Source: Sminthopsis crassicaudata (lineage: Eukaryota). From it: a DNA stretch of 64,000 bases. A program made the position numbers and the translations under genes. The stretch spans positions 161,599,162 to 161,663,161 of the forward strand of contig NC_133618.1 of NCBI RefSeq assembly GCF_048593235.1. The letters run 5' to 3'. This document shows positions 1-10,370 of the stretch, piece after piece. The stretch's first letter is position 1. Each line of letters opens with the position of its first letter. The notes beneath the pieces are model-generated. The model ran no database searches and was not told where the DNA came from. It saw only the letters and a list, made by a program, of their open reading frames with translations.

Positions 1-1289
1 GATTGGATTAGACTGATACATTATAGTATATATAGAGAAAAGCATATCTGTAGCTTCAGCAGACTTAGAAAGCATGTGTTGAAAACATGCATTTCAAAGG
101 CTTTGAGATAACTTGGTTAGCCCTTCTTCTCTTCTGTTTTATTAGAGATTAGTAGAAAAGTTGTGCTTTTATAATGTACAATGCAATTGGATTTTTTTGG
201 TCTGGTTTTGTAAAAACATAAGATTATTTTGGTGTACTAAAAATAATATAGTATTGATACATTTAAAAGCTTCTGAAAATCATTAGTCCCCAAAATCACT
301 TTTATTTTGACAATTCTTTTGTGTTAACGTTTGGATATTAGATCTGTTGCTTAGAAATGAATTTTAAAAAAAATTTTTTTTTTTTTTTGAGCCAACGTAT
401 CCATGCAGTGAGTGCTATTATAACATAGTGGTCCATGTAGCAAAAGTACTTGAGATTCCTTAGAAACAGTGATGTGTTCATCTGATGAAAATGAATTTAT
501 TATGTTTGTGAAGTATTGTTTTTAGTTCTTATTCACGTAGCAGAAGTTAGATTTGATTCCATATTGAAAATGGTTGAGTCCTTCCTTCAGCAGTTACCTA
601 TCATTCCTATTCCCAGCTTTTGACCATTGCATAGGCATTATCACAGCCATCCCACAATTCATCAGAACATAGCATACAAATACAGAATCTTGGGATGTAG
701 AAAGTTTAATTGTGATATCTTCATCATGCTTCTACTGGGTTCAGCATCTCTTTTACTTTACAATTCACTATGAAGTTGGGTTTCTATTTTATGCCTTGAC
801 TTTTGCACCCCAGAAATGTAATAACAAACAGTGTACTACCAAGAAAAATTGGATAGATACTGAACAAAACCATGGAGTGAGTGTTTAGCATAATTGCTCA
901 TATGTAATTGGTGGAAGTTTATGCACTAAAGTGATGATATTGGTTTTACTAATGTCTTGCCAATGAAACTGCCCTCCGTGCTACTTCAGGGAACAGGTAA
1001 TACTTAACTTAAACCTTGTTTGGGGTTATTATTTGAAGTGCTTTGCCAGTCTTAAGAGTACTATGTGATTGCCATCTAGTATTACTACTCTTACTACAAC
1101 TATTACTACTGCTACTGTGATGACTTTTAACAATGATGGAATCAGAATATTATCACTGAAAAGAACTTTAGTGTTTGTGTGATTCATATTCTCATTTTAT
1201 ATATCAGGAACTTGGGACCTTGAAAGTTGAATTTTTTTTTTAATTACAAAATAATTAAATAATGTTTTCCCAATTATATGCAAAGACAG

Positions 1290-1705
1290 TTTTTTTAAAA
1301 ATTTGAATTCCAGAATTTCTCCCTTCGTCCCTAAGATGGAAGGCAATTTGATATAGATTATATATATTGGAACATGTAAAGCATATTTCTGTATTAGTCT
1401 GTTGTGAAAGAGAAAGCAGACTAAAAGCAAAAAGAACTTAAAAAAATTAAGAAAATAAAAAATAGTACACTTTAATCTGAATTTATATTCTTTTTCTGGA
1501 GGTGGATAGCATTTTTCTTCATGAGTTCTTTGGAATTGTCTTTAATCATTATATTGTTGAGAATCATTAAATCTCAGTTGATTATCATAGAATATTGCCA
1601 TTACTGTGTATAATATACTACTCCTGGTTCTGATCACTTCACTCTGTGTCAATTCATGCAGGTCTTTCCAGTTTTTTCATCCTGTTTGTCATTTCTTATA
1701 GCACA
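1290..1705 (-). mobile_element. L1 3' UTR fragment (marsupial type)
   Basis: Typical antisense marsupial L1 3' text (tttttctggaggtggatagc...ttgatcat...ctggttctg..cacttcactc), recognised by eye. Confidence 0.7.
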
Positions 1706-2227
1706 TGATTTCTTTTAGATCACACATTTGGTTGTAGCTTCTTGTAATAGAAACAAGGCTCTCAATTTTGGTAGTATTTTTTTTTCACAGTTCCATTGAA
1801 AAAACTTTCTGTTTTAACTTAGGGAAAGGTGGTATGTTACCTATTTTTGAGTTGCAGGAAGTGTGGAGGTATAGAAAATGTGTTTAGATAAATCTACCCT
1901 GTAAATCTAGGTAGTGACATTTTAGGATTTTAGCCTTCCTTGGCTATTAGATGCTGTTGTTGGTATTCTGAATAGTATTTTGAACATCTTTGCTTTAGTA
2001 GTATGTCTTCCAAATGTACCTTAAGGATTTTCTAAGTTTTGGGTCCAAACCTTATTTTTTTATAAAGAGAAATGATGTAGACATTGTTCTGAGTTTGTTT
2101 TCTTTACTTCTTTTTTTAAAATTAGTCTGAAGCTAGCACTAGTGAGAACTTAAGGGGAGGGAGGGTTGGTTTAGAACTTTGTGTCTCATCTCTGAATTAA
2201 GCTTTTTTGTGTGTATGTGTTTGACAG

Positions 2228-2248
2228 GTTAAAGAAAGTCAAGCCGTG
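2228..2248 (+). other. RRBP1: 5' UTR portion of the first coding exon; 1-2227 is upstream intron
   Basis: T-rich tract and ttgacAG at 2221-2227, then 21 nt without ATG before the start codon. Confidence 0.85.
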
Positions 2249-4640
2249 ATGGATATCTATGACCCCCAGACCTTGGGAGTTATGGTGTTTGGTGGATTCA
2301 TGGTCATTTCAGCCATTGGAATCTTCTTGGTATCTACATTCTCCATGAAGGAGACATCCTATGAAGAAGCCCTAGCCAATCAGCGTAAGGAAATGGCAAA
2401 AAATCACCATCAGAAAGTAGAAAAGAAAAAGAAGGAGAAACCTGTGGAGAAGAAGGGACGGGCGAAGAAAAAGGAAGAGAAACCCAATGGGAAAATACCT
2501 GAACCAGAATTGTTTCCCAATGTAACTGTCATCTCCAAAGACTCCATTCCTGAGAGAAGTGTAGTGGTGGCTCCTATTGTGCTAGAACCTGTCAAGTCTT
2601 CAAAATCTCAAGTGGCACTAGCAGCAGTACCACTACCAAAAGCAACAGTAGGGCAACCAACCAAAGGAGTAGCACCCTCACCACCACCATCAACAAAAGG
2701 AGCTGTAGCAGCACAGCCAAACAAAGGAGCAGCAGCAGCACAGCCAGCTAAAGGAGGAGCAGCAGCAGCAGCAGCAGTGCAACCAAACAAAGGAGCAGCA
2801 GCAGCAACAGTGCAACCAAACAAAGGAGCAGCAACAGCACAGTCAACTAAAGGAGGAACAGCAGTAGCAGCACAGCCAGCTAAAGGAGGAACAGCAGCAG
2901 CAGCACAGTCAGCTAAAGGAGGAGCAGCAGCAGCAGCACAGCCAGCTAAAGGAGGAGCAGCAGCAGCAGCACAGTCAGCTAAAGGAGGAGCAGCAGCAGC
3001 ACAGTCAGCTAAAGGAGGAGCAGCAGCAGCACAGTCAGCTAAAGGAGGAGCAGCAGCAGCACAGTCAGCTAAAGGAGGAGCAGCAGCAGCACAGTCAGCT
3101 AAAGGAGGAGCAGCAGCAGCACAGCCAGCTAAAGGAGGAGCTGCAGCAGCACAGTCAGCTAAAGGAGGAGCTGCAGCAGCACAGTCAGCTAAAGGAGGAA
3201 CAGTGCAGCAAACAAAAGGGGCAGCAGCACCACAGCCTAATAAAGAAGCAGCAGTACAACCAACTAAAGGAGGAGCAGCAGCAGCACAATCAGCTAAAGG
3301 AGGAGGAGTAGCAGCACAACCAACTAAAGGAGGGGCAGCAGTAACACAGCCCACTAAAGGAGCAGCAGTGCAGCCAACAAAAGGAGGAGCAGGAGCAGTG
3401 CAACCAAACAAAGGAGCACAACCATCAAAAGGAGCAGCAGCACAACCAACCAAAGGAGCAGCAGCACAACTAACCAAAGCAGTGCCACCACAAACAAAAG
3501 GAGTAGCAGTATCACCAGGAAAACCTGTAGCTGTGGCAGTGGCCCCATCTTCCTCAGTAGAACAAGGGGCAACAGCAGCACCATTAGGGAAGCGAGCAGC
3601 AAAGGCAGCTCGGGCGGCAGCAGCCCAGGCGGCGGCAGCCACCCAGGCAGCTGCAGTTCAGGCAGTACCAGTAGTGCCAGCATCTTCAGTGGGGCAAGGG
3701 GCACCAGCGCCATTGGGGAAGCGGGCAGCAAAGGCAGCTCGGGCAGCAGCAGCAGCAGCAGCAGCAGCAGAGGCAGCAGTGCAGGCAATACCAGTGTCAC
3801 CAGGGGAGCAAGGAGCAGCAGTATCAGCACCATTAGGGAAGCGTGCAGCAAAGGCAGCTCGGGCGGCAGCAGCAGCAGCGGCAGCAGCGGTAGCTGCTGC
3901 AGAGACAGCAGTTCAGGCAGTACCAGTAGTGCCAGCATCACCAGTGGGACAGGGGGCAGGAGTATCAGCACCACTGGGAAAGCGGGCAGCAAAGGCAGCT
4001 CGGGCGGCAGCGGCAGCAGCAGCAGCAGCCCAGGCAGAAGCAGCAGTGCAGCTAGTACCAGCCTCACCAGTAGGGCAAGGGGCAGCAGCACCAGTTGCAT
4101 CTGGAGGACGGGCTGCAGCAAGGGCAGTTCGGGCAGCTGCAGCAGCACAGGCAGCAGCAAAAACAGCTTCTGCCCAGGCAGTACCAGTGGTGCCAACATC
4201 ACCAGTAGGGCAAGGGACCCCACCAGCACCAGCCTCAGGGGCTCGGGCAGCATCGAAAGCAGCTCGAGCAGCAGCAGCTCAGGCAGTGCCAGTAGCATCA
4301 GTAGCAGCTGTGGTAGCAAGTACCCCTGCACCCCCCCTGCAAGGGCAGCCTGCTTCATCCCCTAAGGAAAAGAGGAAGAAGGAAAAGAAGGTGGCAAAGG
4401 TGGAGCCAGCACCCAACCCTGTTGTGAGTTCCATACATGTCCTTTCCTCCAAGTCCTCAGTGCTGGAAGCTGCTCCCAAAGAGGTTCCCGTGGTTGCTGT
4501 TCCTCCTGTTGGCACAAAGACCAGTGCCCCTGCTGCCAACCTAGCCCATGGCAAAAAGGCAGAAGTAATTGGCAACCATGAGGAGCCAAAGAATGAAGCC
4601 CCATCAAAGAAGAAATCTTCCAAGAAAAAGAGTGAGCCAA
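2249..4640 (+). CDS. RRBP1: RRBP1/p180 first coding exon: signal-anchor TM, Lys-rich region, lineage-specific Ala-rich repeat arrays, conserved basic block
   Basis: MDIYDPQTLGVMVFGGFMVISAIGIFLVSTFSMKETSYEEALANQRKEMAK... closely matches the human RRBP1 N-terminus as recalled. Acceptor tttgacAG|g at 2226-2227; ATG 2249 in good Kozak context (gtgATGg); donor ccaa|GTaagc at 4641 (phase 1). The ORF track starts at an upstream GTG and reads through the donor to 4687. Confidence 0.97.
2651..3502 (+). repeat. Coding tandem array A: ~30 units of A(n)Q[S/P][A/T/N]KG(G), with a near-perfect 30-bp core at 2971-3199
   Basis: acagtcagctaaaggaggagcagcagcagc (or a 1-nt variant) recurs at 2971, 3001, 3031, 3061, 3091, 3121, 3151, with a partial unit at 3181; degenerate units on both flanks. 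Confidence 0.97.
3545..4300 (+). repeat. Coding tandem array B: ~6 units of ~40-47 aa, PLGKRAAKAAR-polyAla-QAVPVVPASPVGQG
   Basis: PLGKRAAKAAR starts at 3581, 3710, 3830 and 3971; two degenerate units (SGGRAAARAVR, SGARAASKAAR) follow. Confidence 0.95.
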
Positions 4641-5294
4641 GTAAGCCTCTGATTTCTTTATCAGACTGGATTAATAAATTGTCCTAGTGAGTAGAGGGGA
4701 TGTCTTCTCTTCTAGGTTTTCCATTCCATTCCATTTGGCTTTTATAAAAGCCCCAGTCAAATGATGAGCATTAGTAGTATGTTTTCTTGCTTTTAATGTT
4801 GAAAATACACAATCCCTCAAATGGTGTTTGATTATAGATTCACTTGTTGGGGGTTGGGGAGGTGAAGTACTTTTAAGTTTGTAAAGAGAAAGTTAATGTA
4901 GATTTATTTGATAAGTTTTCTAACTAATAATTTTGTGGGAGGGGAGAGAGTAGTAATAAGACATCTTGTTCTTTTGTTGTATTTTATAGAGAGATATGTC
5001 TATGGTGTTCTTGTTTTAGATACTCTCAAATTGATTCCATAACTACTTTATTTAAAGTATTTTGACAGCCATTTGTTTGAGTTATTTAACTGTGTTTTGT
5101 TTGAAATGAAATTCTTATAAGAAATATGAAATGTTTGGAAAAGCAGCATGTGGTTTAGGGCTTCTTTGTCAGCTAAGTTTACCTGATATTTGTTTCTGCT
5201 TGATTTATGTTCACAGCCTCCTCTTTTGAGGTTTTCAGCATCATAACAGATACCATCATATTTCATTTATATTATTGGATCTATTTGCATTGTG

Positions 5295-5640
5295 AATCAA
5301 AATTGTAGATTTGCAGAGTTGAAAAGGACCTCAGGTCAGCATAACCCCCTAACCAAAGAATGAATGCCGTTATCCTCTGCTTGAAGACTTCAGGAGTGAC
5401 AGAATTTAGGCAGCCCATATTGATTTTTGTATATCTCAAAATTTAGCCAATATTTTTCTCTCTATAGCTTCTGCCCAGTGTTCAATATTTTCTTCTAAGA
5501 TTAGTCTGACACTTCCTCTCCATGATACCCCTTCAGGTATCTAATAATAAATTATTTTGTCTCTGCCAAATCTTGTTTTTCAGACTTAATATCTTCAATT
5601 TCTTCAACCAGTACTTTGGATAATTAGTTTTTAGTTCTTT
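5295..5640 (-). mobile_element. CR1/L3 3' end remnant
   Basis: ctctgcttgaagacttc...ggcagcccat...ccatgataccccttcaggtat resembles the antisense L3 3' end. Confidence 0.6.
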
Positions 5641-6549
5641 CATCATCCAAGGACACATATCATCTCAATATATATCCTTCCTTTATATAACTAATTTTTT
5701 ATCCTTAGTTTATATGTTATCTTTTGGGATCTTGATTCTATTAGTAAGTATATTAACTAAGCTCAGCTTCATATCCTGTATAGACTTGATAAATAGGTCA
5801 TATATGGTTTTATCCAAATCATAGATTAAATCTCTGCATTGAGTTTAAAAATAAATGACAGGGGACTCCAAAGCCTTCTACTATTCAAGACTCCTTCCAG
5901 ATTAACAATCTTTTATTCGTTATCATAGGCATAGAAGCATAGAATCACAGAATGTTAGAGCTACAAGGATCTCAGACAACATCTTTCCCAGGTCTTTCAT
6001 TTTATTGATCAGGAAACTAAGAACGAGAACAGTTGGTCTACCTATTTTTGTGGAGCTAATAAAGGATAGAGTTGGCACCCTAGCACAAGTCTTCTGATTT
6101 CTAGGTCTCCTGTGCTATGCTATACTCTTTGAATCCAGCCAACTTAAAACTTAAACTTAGCTTAAAAAAACAAACATACTTTATTGATGCTTCTCAAGTC
6201 TCTCTCTTCTCTCCCCCCTCCCCCCAAAAAAGTGAAACTTCTAAAATGAAGCTAAGCAAAACAGATAAACTCATTGGCAAATATATTGCCAATTTATTCT
6301 GTTACCTGTCTGCCTAGGATGCATCAGTTCTTTAAAATAAAGAACAATCATTACATTTATCAGAGTTCTGATGTCTTTAACTGTTACTTTATTTTATTGT
6401 AGTCATATAAATCATTCTGGTGGTTTTGCTTGGCATTCAGTCAAACCTTTCTAAAGTCATCTAACGATATTATCCAATCCAAGTTGCTCTTTCTAGTTGA
6501 TTGATTTTATCAATTACCTTAAGATAAATAACTTACTAAAATCAATCAA

Positions 6550-8640
6550 CTAGTCAGCTCTCATTTATTAAGGACTTTTTTGGTGATAGTTACCCTACCA
6601 GTTACAAGTTACAAGTGACAAAAAATGAAATAGCTTACATTTAATGGGGAAGATAGTCTGTATTTTCAACATAAAAATAAATAAAAACAAAAAAGATCAA
6701 TATAAATTAATCTTAGAGGGAGTACTAGCAGTTATAAAGATCAGGAAGGGCCTCATTCATATAGAAGGTGATAATTGAACTGCATTTTAAAAGAAAAGAG
6801 GAACTCTGAGATAGAATACATTACAGGCTTGAGGGATGGCCAATACAAAGATATGGTACTAAGAGAGGGAGTTCTATTCTTAAGGAGCAAAGAAAAGGCT
6901 AGTTTGATTGGATCACTGTACTCAGGGAGGTTGGAAACATAGGTTGAGGCCAGATTACAAAGGACTTTAAAAACTAAGTAGAAGAATTTATATCTTGTCC
7001 TAATGACAGTAGAGTTGCTGGAATTAATAGAATTGAAGAGATTGATAATGGTCAGAACTGCACTCATGAAAAAGTCACTATAGTTACTATATATAGGATG
7101 ACCTATAGTGAAGACTTGAGGTCAACCAATTAGGAGGCTTTTGAAATAATATAAGAAAGAGTTGTTGAAGGCCTGAACTGAGGTGCTAGTTGGTGGAGTA
7201 GAAAGAAAACAGTTGGTTGCAAGAGTTATTATAAAGGTAGAAATGTCAAGGCTTAGATTTTTTTTTTAATACATATATTAAGAGAGAGTCAGAAATTTAG
7301 TGAGAAGTCTAAGATAATGCTAAGATTATGAACCTCTGACTGGAAAGATGTTGGTGCTTTCAATAGAAATAGGAAATTTTAGAAGAGTGGAGGGCTGGGG
7401 GGAAGGGAGAGAGAAGGTCAATGTTGGACATTTTCAATTTCAGATGCCTTCAAATAGTTGACTGAATTGTCTAATAGGCAATTAATAACAGAACTAAAAG
7501 CTCAGAGGAATTGACTGAAATTGGAAATGTAGAGCTAGGAGTCATCTTCGTAGAGATAATTCCTAGGAATTGATAAAGCTATCAAAAGGAATGGAGAAAA
7601 AGAACAAAGAACCTAGGATAAAATATGGATAACAGAATTAGGAGACATGATATGGATGATGACCCAGCAAAAGAGACTAGAAGAAAGTGGTCAGATAGGT
7701 AGAAGCAAGAACCAGGAAAGATTAATATCATAAAATTCCAGAAAGGAAGGATAAGAAGGAAGAGAGAGAAAGAAAGAACATGGAGAGAGAAGAGATGAGA
7801 ATCTATCATAGAGAAGGTAATCAGTAGATAACTTGTTAACTTTGGAGAATGCACTTTCAATTGATGAGGTTGGAAGCTAAATTCAGCAATTAGGGAAGGA
7901 AGAATAACGTCCAAGAAAACATCAGATTTAGCGATTGGGATCATTGATCACCATAGAAAGAGGGATAATGGCAAAGGGTTGAAGAATTTGTGACAGAAAT
8001 GAAGGCATTGAGTTGATTAGATAATTTTTTTAAAAAGAAGTATGGCTGAAAAGGGAGGCAAGATATAGAATGAACTGGGGATATAATATGTTCTAATTGA
8101 AGGCATTTTCACCATGGGGGAGACTTGGGTATGTTTAAAGTCACCAGGAAGAAACCAATAGAGAAGGAGAGGTTGAAGATATGAGAGATTAGAGATGATT
8201 GAGGATTCACTCGTCTGAAGAAGATAAAGGAGTTGGTATTGAGGGCACATATAGAGGGTATAATCTTCTTTACATATAGAAAGGCTGCCTCTATCAGAGC
8301 CTGGGGGAGTAGAATATTGTTATCAAAAGTTTTGAGGTAAGAATGGGATAACATGGAGCTCATACCAAATGGCTTTGGTTTTCTCAGTAAAGTAAGAGGT
8401 GAAATCCTTTGTAGAGAATGGAAAGAGGTGAATGGTATGGGGAGTGAAGAATATATTTTAGAATAACCTTTAGGGAGGAATAAATAATTAATCTGTTGCA
8501 GGGAGAGCCCAATTGAGATTGAAAAACCTGAAATGTAACCCGTCAACACAGCACATCCAACTACATTCAAGAGTTTGTGAATATGAGGGGAGGAAGTGGA
8601 TGGTATGAATAATCTTTCTTCCTTTTTCCCATAGAATAGC
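6550..8640 (-). mobile_element. Long L2 LINE remnant
   Basis: Purine-rich antisense L2 text; ORF 8109-8675(-) contains ...KIIPSICALN, resembling the L2 PSTCALD motif. Confidence 0.7.
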
Positions 8641-9989
8641 CATCTCTTCCCCTGTTGATGTCTATTTTTTATCACATTTTAGGTCATATTGGGTTTTGGC
8701 TTTCCAAACACTATTCTTGTTAGGATCTTGCCATGCATTTGTACATATGCTCTTTCAAAATTCAAATTTGTCAGTATATACATATAATATCTCTGATTAG
8801 CTACACTGGTCTTTTTAGTCTGCTTCCTCTCCCCCTACCCCCATTTTTTCCTCATCTGAATCTATTGTGACCCTTTTGTCAGAATTTTATTCTTGATGTC
8901 CTCCTATCCCTCCCGAATAAGCTTCTTTTTAGATTTCTTGAGTCACAGGCTTATAATAAGTCTTTCTCTTGTTTCCAACCCCTGTCCTAATACTAGGGGA
9001 CTTCAGCATAAATATCTATACTGCCTCAAATGCCTTAACCTCACAACTCTTCAACTTAATCATTTCCCATGACCTATTCCTCCACCCTACTTAGATATAC
9101 AGAAGAGGTCCAGACCTTTGATTTTGCCATCACCTAGAAGTGTTTCCTGAATTTCAGAGTTCATCAACTCATAGATTCCTTTTTCTAATCATAATCTTTA
9201 TCGTTCCATTTCACCTTCTCTCTAGCAACTCCTAATTTTGTTCTTTAGCCTTATTATGGCCTTTAATACTTCAATCCCTTAGTTCTCTCCCATGTCTCTA
9301 CCTGGTAAATTCTCATCCCTTCTCTGTCTTGTTGACTTGGCCAAGCAGTTTATTTCTAAACTTTCCATTTTTCTTTTTGTCCTCTTACCCTTTATTGTAT
9401 TATTGACTTTGCTCTGTCAAACCTCATCTTTGGGATTATCCCCACCTTCGGATTATCCCTTTGCTACTATTCTCATGTGGCTAAATAAAGCCCCAGAAAA
9501 TCACAATGAAAATCACATTTGATACAAATTTTTTTATATCTCCCTACTCACTGTCCCATTCCCTACAGTGATTTTTTTTCTAAACTTTTTCATCCCTTCT
9601 CAAGCTTCTATAGTTTCCCCTCACCTTCTCAGCTGAGAACTTTGTTTCATATTTCCTTGGGGGAAAAAGAGCCCTTTGCTAAGAGCTCACTTTTATTCTC
9701 TCTTTTTCCTCTCAAATCATTTACTGTCTTATCTATCACCTATTTTTAGATGAAGAGATGGCTCTTCTCCTTGACCAAGATAGATTCCTTCAGCAGGCAC
9801 AAGTGATCCTTTCCCTTCTCTAGCAGACTGCTCCCTCCTATATGCTACTTTCTTACTAGTCTTCAGTTTTCTTCCCCGTCTCCTAACTGCTTCCTTATTA
9901 CTTACAAGCATATCTATACAACAAACACTTCATTTTCAAAAATCCCTCACTTGATTTATCTATTTCTTATAGCTATCCTTCCTTTTTGT

Positions 9990-10137
9990 CCCCCCCCCCC
10001 CCCCCAGGCAATTAGGGTTAAGTGACTTGCCCAGGGTCACATAACTAGGAAGTATTAAGTGTCTCTGGTCAGATTTTGAATTCAGATCTTCCTGACTTCA
10101 GGCTGGTGCTGTATCCACTGCCCCACCTAGATGCTCC
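9990..10137 (-). mobile_element. WSINE1-like tRNA-derived marsupial SINE
   Basis: aggcaattagggttaagtgacttgcccagggtcaca...tatccactgccccacctagatgctccc matches the antisense WSINE1 consensus as recalled; tccttccttt repeated on both sides (possible TSD). Confidence 0.8.
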
Positions 10138-10149
10138 CTTCCTTCCTTT

Positions 10150-10370
10150 AAAAAATTTTTTTAATTTAAATTTTTATTTTCAATTCCAAATTTTCTTCTT
10201 CTCTCCTGCCCTTTCCCCACCCATTGAGAAGCAAGAAATATGTGTTATATATTTAAAGTCATGCAAAACATATTTCTACTTTAGCTATGTTGTGAAAGAA
10301 AAAAAAAGCAAAATAAAAAATATATATACTTCAATCTGCAATTAGAGTTTATCAGTTCTCTCTGGAGATC
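10150..10370 (-). mobile_element. L1 3' end fragment
   Basis: ccccacccattgagaagcaaga...tacttcaatctgcaattagagtttatcagttctctctggag. Confidence 0.65.

Noticed and set aside
2971-3199. 30-bp direct repeats as a CRISPR array
   Set aside because: No unique spacers, in-frame coding, and a mammalian genomic context.
2608-3642. 344-aa antisense ORF (CAAAAPPLAD repeats)
   Set aside because: Shadow of repeat array A: the repeat unit contains no stop codon in that antisense frame. No independent splice or promoter evidence.
2651-4300. Silk-, elastin- or antifreeze-like gene, or a foreign insertion
   Set aside because: The Ala/Gly repeats are in frame between unmistakable RRBP1 segments with no TSD or TE hallmarks; the similarity is compositional.
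3354-4640. Antisense ORFs 3354-4358 (Leu/Pro-rich), 4279-4623 and 4362-4640; likewise 2410-2595
   Set aside because: Reverse-frame shadows of the biased RRBP1 exon (CTG runs read as poly-Leu).
2246-4687. 813-aa single-exon ORF as the full protein, or assignment to the paralogue kinectin (KTN1)
   Set aside because: The GTG start is an ORF-finder choice, and a strong donor at 4641 splices in phase to downstream RRBP1 exons. The N-terminus and downstream exons match RRBP1 specifically.
8109-8675. 188-aa - strand ORF as a gene
   Set aside because: Decayed L2 reading-frame remnant.
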